Notes under the pieces: generated by a model
Databases searched by the model: none
What the model was told of the DNA's origin: nothing
What the model saw: only the letters and a program-made list of their open reading frames with translations
Shown: positions 29,197 to 41,258 of the stretch, piece by piece
Layout: each line of letters starts with the position of its first letter
Numbering within the stretch: position 1 is the stretch's first letter
Program-made: the position numbers and the translations under genes
DNA from: Paraphysomonas bandaiensis
Lineage: Eukaryota; Protista; Chrysophyceae
NCBI GenBank assembly: GCA_965644295.1
Contig: CBFFRP010000298.1
Coordinates: forward strand, 124,001 to 188,000
Length of the DNA stretch: 64,000 nt
Reading direction: 5' to 3'

Positions 29197-31156
29197 CTAT
29201 TCGAATTTAACTTTCTTGCCTGCACTCTGAACTATGGCACCAGAGAGCTTTTGTTTCATTGTTCCAGAGGCATTGAGCGCACTCACACCACCAGCTTCTT
29301 CCCATGCAGACCGTTGACCAGACGATGATCCAGCTTCTGTACTTCTCGCCCTACCACCTCTTCCCCTAGCATTATCTATCCTACCACCTCTGCCCCTATT
29401 CCCATCCGTCCTACTACCTCTGCCTCTAGCTCCATCCACCCTACCACCTCTACTTGTATCTCCAACCGCTCTTCCTCGATTTGGAAAAGCCGCATCACCC
29501 TGTTTCTCTCGCTCGCCACCTCTTCCAGCTGTTCCACCCCTACGTCCTCTGCCCCTGTGTCCTGACTGCCACTTGAGAAGCCGCGCCTCTTGTTTGTGCA
29601 TAGGCCCTCCCCTTCCACGTACCTTCCCGGCTCCTCGTCGGCCAGGGTTAAACATATTGTGATTACTCGAAGTTACTTCACTATCCACCACATTGGTGTC
29701 ATCTTCTCCACCTTCTTCCAGAAAAAATGAATCCGGCTCATATTCATCACCACCAGATGAAATTACTTCAGTAGGTCTGGGAGACATAGCACCGTCACTA
29801 TCACTGGTGGGCTCAGAGTCAGAATCGGCAGGAACTTCAGTTTTTCGTTCGAGAGCGTCAGTAGCATCAACCTCATCACTTGAACTCTCACTGTCACTAT
29901 CAGATTCACCGTCATCAGCTTCGTTGTTAGAACTGTCGTTGTCGGTATCAGAGTCATCACCATCATTGTCGAAGTGACTTTGGTCCTCCTCATGGCTATC
30001 ACTGTCACCAGATTCATCACTGTCAATGTTCTCCGCCTTTCTGCGACGTCTTTTATTTCCCCCACCACCCTGTCTCTCTACATCCAACGCATGTGCCACA
30101 CGATCCTGCTCACCCTCCGCTATACTCTGCTTCCGTGCTTCCACAGCCATAGCCCTCGCTCTCTCGCTCCTGCCACTGCTATCTTCCTTCTGGTTGAACA
30201 GACTGATGTACTTCATGTGCTTCGGGTAGTACAGTACATACTGATACATATAATTTATATTAGCTCAGTATTTACCATACATATGATACAGATACAGGTC
30301 ACTGACCGCTAGATCCTCTTCGACCTTCTTCATCTTCTCCTTGAGAGCCTCTGATTCATTCGAATCAAGCTGTCTCTCCAGTTTACAGTATCGTCTTGTC
30401 AGTTTTCTTCTTTCGAAGAATTTCACCTGTCGCAGAGCATAACGACAACTACATCACTGTATTACTGCGTATACCATATGATACTTCTGCGACATCTTCT
30501 TCTCTCTGTGAGACTGAGCGATACGAACCCTCTGAATGCACATATAAATACGATATATATATATATATATATAACACCCTACATAACACGTATATATACT
30601 CTTATAGTCCCATACACTCAAATATATATACTAATTCCTATAGTCCCATTCACATATATATCCATATAGTCTTATACACATATATATACTTATAGTCCCA
30701 TATTAACACATATGTAGCTATAGTCCAATACACATGTATACATCTAGTCCCATTCACATATATATACATCTAGTCCCATACACATATATACATCTAGTCT
30801 CCTATATATACCTACAATCCCATACATACACATACATAGTCATACACATACATACATATATGCCTATAGTCCATATATACACATACATACACATACACAT
30901 ATATGCCTAGAGTCCATATATACACATACATACACATACATTCATGTGTATTTTATGGATGCATATCGTCGCATTACTGCCACATCACTGACCTCTTCCT
31001 TGAGCTTAAGCAGAGCTTCTCTCATGCCCTCCGCACTCGGATCATCGGCACTCTAACACACAACCATAACACACACAAACTCACTGCCCATAAGCATCTC
31101 ACCCTCTTGCGCAGAGCCCTCTCTAAGTCTCTGATCTTCTTCTGAGTTGAAGGCAT
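29197..31156 (-). CDS. EFG1: rRNA-processing protein Efg1 with long acidic and RGG-rich C-terminal extension
   Basis: Spliced N-terminus MPSTQKKIRDLERALRKR...KKMSQKYHM..FFERRK...YVLYYPKHMKYISLF matches Efg1 motifs. Confidence 0.8.
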
Positions 31157-31232
31157 CAGATACACACAAACAGAATCGTATTGATAATATAATCAAACCA
31201 CGAGACTGACTGACTGGAACTCGCCTCTATCC

Positions 31233-31263
<31 letters not shown>

Positions 31264-31269
31264 CACACA

Positions 31270-31416
31270 CAGGGGGTGGTTGTGCATATCGATCATTGAA
31301 AAGTCATCGTTTTTTCATTAAAAAGTCACTTTTTTTCACTTTTCACTGAAAAAAAGATTACTTTTCAATGAAATAAACCATGACTTTTTGATAAAATCGA
31401 TATGCACAACCCCCAG
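31270..31416. mobile_element. Small foldback MITE, possibly hAT-like
   Basis: ggttgtgcatatcgat...atcgatatgcacaacc inverted arms of ~60 bp. Flanks tacacaca / tacataca could be an 8-bp TSD with one mismatch. Confidence 0.65.
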
Positions 31417-31749
31417 TACATACAGACACACACAGCACTGGTCACTGAGGTGTCTGTATACCTGTGTACCGGTATACATCATATAGAAGTACAGATGTAC
31501 ACTGGTGCTTATACTCGCCAGTATACAGTGTACTGCTGTGTAGGTGTACTCTGTACTGCTGTGTATGTATGATACTCTGCCGATACGATCTACACTGTGT
31601 ATGTTCTGCATACATACTGCAGTATGTCTACGTATAGGTATATACGTACAGAGGATGTCGAGGTGTGTGTATCTACACTCAGCACTGTGGGCATATTCCA
31701 CAATCAGAAGCATCATCATACACACATACACATAATCATATCAAGAGAG

Positions 31750-33771
31750 ATGTCTGAGCTGATGCGTTTGTTTGAAGACGGCAGATACTCTGACTTCCTG
31801 TCAGCGTATGGCGAGGAGGGTTCGGATAGCGACAGCAGGAACAGCAAAGAGGTTCGTGTGGCTCTGGGAGTGTCCCTCTTAAGAGAAAGAAGACCCGCAG
31901 AGTCACTCAGATGCTTATCATCCGTACTGAGAGAGTATCCTGAGGACAGAGAGACGTCAGTGTACATAACAGCAGCGGGAAACTCTCTGATTCATGTGTG
32001 TTTAGAGCGAGGCAACAGCGCGCTGAGTGTGTCTGATTACGAGACCGCCTTAAGAGAATACTCTCAGATGGATCACCTCATCAGTAATCAGGAGGTGGAC
32101 TTCAAAGATCTCAATGCGGATCTCGTCTATCAGCTGTTCAACAACAGAGCTGTTTGTTTGCTTAACACGGGACGACCTGAAGAGGCCCTCAGCACTTATG
32201 CGGACACTGCACTCACAGCCTGTAAGAGCTCTCTGTCGGCCTCAAAACGATCTGAATGGGCTCAGAATAAAGCAATCATTCTTAAGTCTATTGGCAGGTT
32301 AGAAGAGGCTCTCACTCAGTTCGAAGAGTGTCTCTCTGAGACACCTGATCGTGTGAATGGTCATGTTGGGAAGTCGGAGTCACTGAGTGGACTGGAGCGC
32401 TACTCTGAGGCTGAACAAGCGGCCACTGAAGGCTTACAGGTCTGTGAAGATGAAAAAGGGGAGAAACGTGGCCTTTACGTCGCGAGAGCCTATGCTCGTA
32501 TGAAATCTGGGAATTACGATGGTGCCATGTCTGATCTTGATCTTGTCGATACCAAAGATGATAACAGCGACACTGTATCCGGTGAAGCCAAAAGGCTGAG
32601 AAGCGTTTGCATGTCTCTTCATGGGGATAACCTTCTGTCCAAGGGGGATGCTCAAGGTGCTATAGATGTATACAGTGATGCTATAGCCAAAGCTGGGACC
32701 GATTCTCCTGTGAGCCTTTTGTTCAACTGTGCACTCGCCCACATGCAAGCAGCTTCTGCAAATCGTGGTAATTATTCATGTTTGAGTATATTTTGCATTG
32801 AAATACAAACTATGCACCACTGTGTGTCTTCTTGTTAAACTCTGTGTTATATTTCAGGCGGCGAGAATGCTGCATATCATGCTGAGAAAGCTGCATCTGG
32901 TTTTGAGGCTGTGATTTCCAGAGAGAAGGGCCATTTTCAGGGCCATGTGGGACTAGGCCAGGCCCTGCTACAGAGTGCGGATTTAGTGACAGGTATGTAA
33001 CACTGTACGAGTCGTACTTATTGGTGAGGTGTTGAATGCCCATCTATTGGTATACCTGTCGTAGCGGACACGTACTTATCGTAATATGTGGTCATGAAAT
33101 TATAATCTACTCATGTTATCACAGGAGACGAATCTAAAACGCATAGTCTGCTATTGAAAGCCGCTAATGCTCTGGAGACAGCCCATTCTATCAACTCCTC
33201 TGATATAGAAGTGACTTATAGTCTTGCGGTTACTTTGTTGAGAACAGACCAGCCAGAGCAGGCGTCTAATAGGTTTAGGGATGTGCTGAAAGTATCTCCA
33301 AACCATGAAAATGCGCTTAAAGGCTTGTCGGCCTGTGAGGAGAGGGTGCAAAGCAAAGCTACAATGGAAAGAGTTAAGACGTTATCACTTAAACATTCCG
33401 ATGAGTCGAAAAAAGCAGATGCCAAACCAGCTACAACTGAGGAGCCGCAGACACCTCAGAAAGCCCCAAATACTGGTGGATCGCCAGTATTTGATTTGCT
33501 GAACGATATTCGAAACAGTGAAAATTACTTCTCCTTGGCCGATCTCAAGACCCCTGGACCGTATCCCAGTGGAGTGAATCCGGCCCACCGGGAGCTTTAT
33601 TTGCACGATGACGAGTTTGCTAAAGTGTTAGGGTGTCCTTCTAAAGAAGAGTTTCTGAAGTTTCCGCAGTGGAAACAGGTGAGCGATTTCCATGCTTGCA
33701 ACTTCAGTGCATACCCACTAACTGTATGTACGTATCAGGTATCGAAAAAGAAGTCTGCCGGACTTTTTTGA
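31750..33771 (+). CDS. TPR-repeat protein with C-terminal villin headpiece domain
   Basis: Multiple TPR-like helical repeats. C-terminus ELYLHDDEFAKVLG..KEEFLKFPQWKQ|VSKKKSAGLF after removing intron 33679-33738. Confidence 0.85.
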
Positions 33772-36226
33772 AGGAATGTTTACGTGGTGCTGGACTAATT
33801 ACAGTAATGACATTAGTGCATACCCACTAACTGTATGTACGTGTCAGGTATCGAAAACGAAGTCTGCCGGACTAATTATCGATAATTACGTGTTGCTGGA
33901 ATAATTACAGTAATTTTTTCACGATGGATGTTGTGTCCCCCTTGTACTTTCTGTAATTAATACACACTAACCTGTGGCCAAACTATTCGATTAGGGTTAG
34001 GGTAGTGAATATCTTATTATTAGCAGTTCCACTCACTGACATTATCGATGCCATTTTTTCCTGTTTATTTTAGTTAGGAGGGTTAGAAGTAGAAAACTCA
34101 TATCATAAAGCCATTAAATATCTAGTTATATTTAACCACGGAGAACAAGGAGGCTATATCGTCCCGCGCTGAGCATTTTGCAACGAGGTATATATTATAG
34201 GATTATCAGGCAAGGGAATTTTACTTGCGCTCTGGAGTATATTCTGGATACGAGTGTATGTATGGGTCTATGAGCTCTACTGGGACACCCTTCGTGCTAA
34301 CGAGAACAAAAGCATCGTGTTTTCATCGTCTTGTCCAAAAAACCATACCGCAGAAGCCAATCAGAAATGGAGCTTGCCAATAAAAAAGAGTCACTCCAAC
34401 ACACACTGTGAGGACACGAATCTTTGTCGTGATGATAACTCTGACTTGATTGCAGTGAAATTGTGATTGTATAGTAATAACGAATGCTATGCGGCTGACT
34501 AAAGTGTGACGTCGAACAGAACATTGAAGTATTGGCAGGCACTGGTATATGACAGCGTTTTGGAACTCCAAGAAGCAGATTAGGGATGGTTTGAGGGAAC
34601 AAGTTATCGTCACCCAGCTGAAATCTTGATGTCGTGCTCAGAATAAAAGAAACCGCAACTTCAATTTTGCGTAATTAGTTAGTAATTTGGAATTCCAATA
34701 AGCAATTTGAGAGAGCGAATACACTGTGAATTGTGCTATTATTAACTGTGAGTTCGTATAGCAAGCTTCAATACTAACTGTCTATGCGGGAGAGCTATTG
34801 TAAAGGTTTATGCCTCGTTATCGACAAAATGATCGTGACAAGTGGGTTCCCACGACCTGTAGAAATGCGGAGAGTGTATGTCTCGAGGTTATTGAAGATG
34901 ACGCAAGCACTATGCCTATTAGTATTGGAGGGGAGTAGAGCATTTGAAATGTGCAGTGAAAGTTCAGTCCGAGTACGTCGTTGACTTATGTGCTGATTTA
35001 CGCATGAAACCGTGTTTGAAATGGAAAACGAAGACCATGCAGGTGAGGTAGTGGACTTACTGAGCAATGCTCTCAGTCGTGAAGCAGATGTAGCTATATG
35101 AGAATATGATATTACAAAACACAAGTAATAATAGCAGGGCCAACTTGTAACGCAATAAATACTGCTAATAACAACTATACTTGCGACTTTTTCTTTATCT
35201 TTAACCTCTCAGATACAAATTACAGTAAAATAATAACTCAATACTTATATATGAAACCTGGTGAAATTGGTTTACCAGGTTTTGGTATTACCTCGACTTG
35301 TAGTGGATATGCTCGACTTACTGAGCAATGCTCTCAGTCGTGGTAAAAAGAGAAATGCATCAGAAATTGCTTTCAGCTCCAGAGACTCCCGGCTAGTGTC
35401 AGGTAATAAGTAGTAGTACTAGAGACTAGAGTAGTAGAGTGTGTAGCTGGTGTACTATTGGACTGTTGAGTAATAATCAGTTCATTCATTGCATATGTAC
35501 AGTTATTGCTTTTTTGTTACATGCGCAAGCAATAATGAGAACTAGATGGTACTGTAAAGAACTATAAGATTAGGTGAAATTTATATATGCTCAAGATTTG
35601 TCGTTAATTTGCAGCAAACCCATGCATGTGTATGTATGATATGTATGTTATATATATGATATGTTATATATTATGATATGTTATATTTCTATGATCAGTT
35701 GTTGCACTTGTATTTTGTGTTATGCAATTGTATCGAGTGAGTTTGAATGTTTATTGTGAATTGAAAGTTTAAATCAACTGAGAGTAGATTTTCGTGTTGA
35801 GAGAGTGATTTGAATATTGATTGTTCTTCATCAGAAGATATATATGTTCGATTACATTATTTCTCTATATTATCTCTACTGTATCCTATATATGTATATC
35901 AATTAACTCTCTATCTCTATACTTACTCAATCTATTCCTAATTCTTTATCATATGTAACTATCTATCTACGTATCTACGTATCTAATCCATATCTAGTAC
36001 TATATATTTCTTTCCTTGTTAGGAAAAGAAAAGGTAATATCATGCAGCTCACTGGGTTCACTACGTGTATCTTAGTATCAATGTTCTCTATGACATTGTA
36101 TATATTGATCTTCATATGTATACTAGCGAAATCACGGCTCGCAGTACACCATGGTACTGGTATACCACACAAACATAAGAACAATGTATTCTTAATGTTT
36201 TTGACTGCTCTAAGCAATAATCTAAT

Positions 36227-36756
36227 TGCCCCATTCTGAGAGCGTACCCTAGTGAAGTGCTAGTGTTGACTAAGCTAAGTAACGTATAGATTATTAATAA
36301 AAATCTCAGCGTATTATTCGTGTGTTGGAATCAAAAAAACTCTAGCTAGATCTGCACTATATATACCTGCATAGCCTATATGAGATTACGAGAAACCCCG
36401 CGCATTCTAGGGGAGGGAGGGGGGCGGCCAATGTCACACTAGACCTATACTGAGTCATGCATGGTCACGAGAATCCCCGCGTAATCTTTGTTAGGTAATG
36501 AAGGGAAGGTACACATGGTCCTAATAGAATCTGCGCGAATTACATATATAAAAGTCATGCATAATTATGAGATATCCCGCGTAATCTTAGCAAAGGTTAA
36601 CACAGGTGGGGGGAACAACAGAATCTGCGCGTGATCTATATGGTCAGCTAAGTTGGCACACGGATGGGTGGGTAGTAGAATTAGTGCTATATATCTTGGT
36701 GTTATAGGTGGGGCACCAGCCAGCCTACATTATGGCCACGCCCTCGGAATGGGGCA
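36227..36756. mobile_element. MITE with ~28-bp imperfect TIRs (tgccccattc...gaatggggca)
   Basis: Terminal inverted repeats, AAT on both flanks, and a second copy at 12686-13130. Confidence 0.75.
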
Positions 36757-37525
36757 AATACGGTGAATACAACAATATTATTATTATATAGCTATAACTG
36801 TGAAACTGAAGTATTGTACCACGACTCTACAAGATACGGAAGTTGATCAGTGGATGACATGAACAAAGTATATTATCATGTTGTTAATGAGTTTTACTTT
36901 GTGACGTAACCCGGTTTGATAACCAGAATCACGGCTCGCAGTACAGGTATACCACACAAACACGCAAGTGTAAGAACAATGTATTATTAAAGCTGTGACT
37001 GCTCTCTAAGCAATAACCTAATGCCCAGTTAATGATTTCCGCCAGAAATCACCACGCAGGTAACACCGCCAGTGCAACAAGATCGTTGGCACCAAGCACT
37101 TCGGTTAAGCCTAAACATGTGCATAACACCATCATAGCATACATGTTACACACACTCCTACTCCTCAACAACATCACAACACCCTGCAACGTCATCACTA
37201 CCCACAGAAACGTGTTTATTCTATAAACTGAATACCCACAGCAACCTAAGGAGCAACGTATAACCGCATACTAATAGTACATCATATCCTACGTTTACTT
37301 TCTACCTAAATACCCATACAAAAAAACAGTATACCGCCACTTTGGTGTATTTTAGCATTCAAGAACCCAAAATCCCTAATATCCAGGTTATACGTAAATA
37401 CAACCCTGCATACCAGGTATTGCATATCACAATTGATTCCCCTATGACGTAACCCGGTTTGATAACCAGAATCACGGCTCGCAGTACAGGTATACCACAC
37501 AAACACGCAAGTGTAAGAACAATGT

Positions 37526-39079
37526 ATTTACTTCCCGAAATCCAAGCCAACTCTTAGGCATCTTGAGTTTTACATTACGTTCAATACATCTGTCAATTAT
37601 CATTTCAAACTTCTTGTATGCATCAGCGGGGTCTTTGGCTAAGATCAACATGTTGTCAAATATGACTATGGCCCAATCACTGAAATCAGAAAACAAATCT
37701 CTTACAACCTCTTGAAGAATTCCAGTGGCTGGCGCAATACCTTCAGGCATAAACTTTGGGGCAAATTGACCCCATGGTGTTTGAATAGATAACCTCTCCG
37801 ATGTTTCTTCATGCAATGCTACTTGATGGAACGCATTTGTTAAATCAATATCCATGTATAACGGGAAATTTGTAATCTTTTGAATTTCATGTCTCACATT
37901 TGGGATTGTGTGGTTACCCACTTCCATATGCTTGTTTATCTGGACGTAGTCCCCACAGAATCTTATGTATGGAGGCGTGGCTTTTGGCGCTACCACCAAA
38001 CATGATGCCCAGGGCGATCTACTTTTACCATAGAAATAACCACATAGCCTATGAAATTCTTTCTCCGACGCTTCCCAGAGTTTCGGATTGATAGGTCTCG
38101 CCTTCGGCTTCATACGTTCCGGTAAACTCTCTTTCCATTTTAAACGTAACGGCTCTATTCCTTTTATACCGCTCCATTCCTCTGGAACAAAAACTTTCTC
38201 TGCTTTTCCTTTTAATAAGGCTACTATGTCCGTGTTGCACCTAAGTTCCTCACTAACATGTTTGTCTATCAAGTCATGGTAATCCTGAACTGCTTCTTGT
38301 CTAGGCTTCCCTAAGAAAGTCAATGCATCCCCAAAGTTTACGGGCAGTTCCACTTCAGCTTCCTCTGGCGCTTCCTCATCATTGGATTTTAGCCACGGCT
38401 TGATTAAATTGTCTCTTGTAAACGTATTTGATCTCCTCTGTTTCAGATCTTCTGTGTCTTTCATCTCTTCTATTTGGTTTAATTGCGAGTCTAGGACATC
38501 CTGCTCCTTTAGCTCCTGGTTAGCCTGTCTAAGCAGCTCGTCCATAAAAGGATATAATTTACCAGTGAGTGCCGGCAAACCCAATATTATGTCCTGACTC
38601 TTCATGTCTAAGACGAAAAACTCTCCAGTGTATGTGTGAGTCCTCGCTCTCTTGTCTTCAACTTTCAAATTTAACTTCACTGCCTCCTTCAAAGGTTTCA
38701 CTGTTCGACTGTCCGCCAATATGACTCTGCACTTGGTCTTCATAATATCTTTGTCATCTAATCTACTTCGTATCCTTTTGATTAAATCAGCACTAACATA
38801 ATTTGCTGACAAGGCTCCCGTATCACATAATATATATACTAATTCTTCAATGTCCATTTTTCTGTTTAGCACTACTCTTCCTACCGTGTGACTACTGGAT
38901 AGAATTTTCTTATCTGGATAACTGGCGTATAAAACTGAAGACCTATTGTCTTCTTGCTTCAGTCTACGTAAATCAAAATCCTGCGAAAGCGTTCTCCTCT
39001 TGTCATCTTCACTCTCGCAAGATTCTTCATGCTCGACTTTATGCCTACTATGTACATATTCAGTGTCTCTACTTCCTAG
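37526..39079 (-). pseudogene. pol: Gypsy family A pol, 3'-truncated (protease plus most of RT)
   Basis: Protease LCDTGA; RT motifs SPWAS, RFCGDY, DLTNAFHQ, IFDN. Matches 52966-54519 and breaks off at 37526. Confidence 0.9.
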
Positions 39080-40708
39080 TCAAGCTCGAGTACCCGAGGG
39101 TTCTCTTCGCATGATGGAAGTTTGGGACGCAGCACCCGAGTCCGAGGTGCCTTGAACAAATTTATCAATCTTTAATTTCATTTCCTTGGCTGCTTTAACC
39201 AATTCTGGACCATGGTGCAAATATTTGCAGTTTTCCCTTCTACATGTCCCAGTCAGTATCTTCTGAAGACACCCATACCTTTTATCAGACTTGACTGGTG
39301 GTCCCACCACGTGTAAATGTTCTGGAATTTGGTCGAACTCCTCATCTGACTCATTCAAATCAATACTAAGTGAAGCCTCTGGTTTCAAATCAGCAGATAT
39401 AGTGACCGTAGGCGCAGCTGGTTCTGGTAGATAATCCCTCCAATCATCTTCATCCATAGCTGTTTCCTCTGACACTGGTTGCTCAGTGTCACTTTCTGAG
39501 AGTTCATATGCCCCTCCATCAATAGCATTTAAGGGTTTTATGACACGTGGCTTCGCAAAAACCTTCTTCTCGTTCTCTTTCTTTTCTCTGTAAGTTCTCA
39601 ACCTCTCCTTGTTCTCAATCAGACTTTTGTAAGGTATCTCTAGTACTGCAACGCTCAATTCATATTCATCATAAATGATCTCCGAAAACTGATCAAAAAA
39701 CTCTTGCATCGTCTTGAATTTTGTTTCAGTCATACAAGATAATACATGCTCCACGTATACCGGATCATTACACGTTTTAAAGAGTCGAATCAGTCCTCCA
39801 GGCTTGTCATCAATTCTGGGGCACCAGTCTTTGTTGCCTTCTAACATGATGTTAAGCATCCTACCAAACTCGGAAATCAACTTTAACTGTTGGTGGTAGA
39901 ATGTCTCGTGGTTTACAGGAGAGACTACAGACCACCCCATGACCTTGGTGTGCCTCAAAGCCTCTTCCAACTCTTTGTAGAAAGCCGGTCTAGAAAATAC
40001 CTTTGTTTCATTAGCTATAACTCTGATCAAGTCTGTAATTCCCAACGCCCCTAGCTGGCCCTGAGTCAATTTGTATTTTGTACGCAGATGCTCTTTGCAC
40101 GGCCTGGAAAGTATTTTCTGAACTCTGACCTTAGTATTCTCCTCCTCCTGAAAGTTTATGATGGCTTTTATAGCTTTGGTCACTTTCGAAAGTTGAAAAC
40201 TGTCAATCCGTACATTGCATTCTTTAGCTTGCCTCATTATCACCTCCCCACTAGCAGCCACTTGCTTCTCACTGCTTGCGATCTCTCTGAATATGCTTCC
40301 TCTAACTGATTTTACATCGAATGGATCCGCTTCGTCCTCTTCTTCGGCTGAAAAACGCGTAGGGATTATAGCCTCAATAGATTGCCTTCGCGAGCTTTTT
40401 GCTATCTCTTGCAGAACTGAGGGCCTATCCTTCCTTCGTTTCTCAGATTGCTCTAGCTTAGATTTCAATTCTTCTATGGCTCGGTCCTGACTGGTTTCAC
40501 TGGCCTCTGCTGGAGAATTAGCAGGCGGGGTTGGATTGGGAAAATAACTAGCTCCTTCCAGTACCGAGACCCTCTGTTTCAATTCCTTGAGGTCGTCTTT
40601 GACCTCTGTTACCGTTTCTGTCAAAGTGTTTACGGCACCGGTGATTTGTTCCACGAAACCTTGCATCAGAGCCTGCAGGTCCGTGACAGCCTCTTGACTA
40701 GTATCCAT
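39080..40708 (-). CDS. gag: Gypsy family A gag-like protein (N-terminal coiled coil, C-terminal CCCH zinc finger)
   Basis: 542-aa ORF directly upstream of and in frame with pol; CLQKILTGTCRRENCKYLH. Confidence 0.8.
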   Translation of the reverse strand: MDTSQEAVTDLQALMQGFVEQITGAVNTLTETVTEVKDDLKELKQRVSVLEGASYFPNPTPPANSPAEASETSQDRAIEELKSKLEQSEKRRKDRPSVLQEIAKSSRRQSIEAIIPTRFSAEEEDEADPFDVKSVRGSIFREIASSEKQVAASGEVIMRQAKECNVRIDSFQLSKVTKAIKAIINFQEEENTKVRVQKILSRPCKEHLRTKYKLTQGQLGALGITDLIRVIANETKVFSRPAFYKELEEALRHTKVMGWSVVSPVNHETFYHQQLKLISEFGRMLNIMLEGNKDWCPRIDDKPGGLIRLFKTCNDPVYVEHVLSCMTETKFKTMQEFFDQFSEIIYDEYELSVAVLEIPYKSLIENKERLRTYREKKENEKKVFAKPRVIKPLNAIDGGAYELSESDTEQPVSEETAMDEDDWRDYLPEPAAPTVTISADLKPEASLSIDLNESDEEFDQIPEHLHVVGPPVKSDKRYGCLQKILTGTCRRENCKYLHHGPELVKAAKEMKLKIDKFVQGTSDSGAASQTSIMRREPSGTRA

Positions 40709-40993
40709 AACTACTTATAGTTATTTTCGGTGAATAGCTTATTGGGGTAATATACTATGAACGTGCAAATCTGTCCGTACTGGATCAGGTATTTCTTCCA
40801 ACTCACTGTTCCCAAAATTGACTTAAAACAATTACAGATTAGTCAGCTAGCTACGATAATTGTCTGTTATGTTCCTATGTGTATACTAAGTTTTCTGCAA
40901 CAACTCTACTGTCTTGACGTGCAAATCCGTCCGCACTGTACAAGATGAGATACTATTACGTCAAACGTCGACGACACAATGAGATATAACTTC

Positions 40994-41258
40994 CAATCTA
41001 AACAATTGCTATGTACTACTCAATTTCGCAATATATAAGGCCTTATGGGACTTATAGTAATATTACTATGCACAAACCAGACTTGCGGGTTTGCTCCCAA
41101 CAAAATGTATAATAAGGTGTGAGTAAACACTTATTATTACTGTTAAATCACCCAACACGGTCAACGATATCCGCTAGATAACGCCGCGCAGTATTCCCTC
41201 TAAGAATAAAGATCGCTGTTAAGACAGTGTCAAGTAACTTAAAACAATGACATGCAAG
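40994..41258. repeat. 265-bp direct repeat, copy 1
   Basis: Identical by eye to 43261-43525. Confidence 0.9.

Noticed and set aside
34250-35120. Decayed transposase or gene
   Set aside because: Only short broken frames with no recognisable motif.
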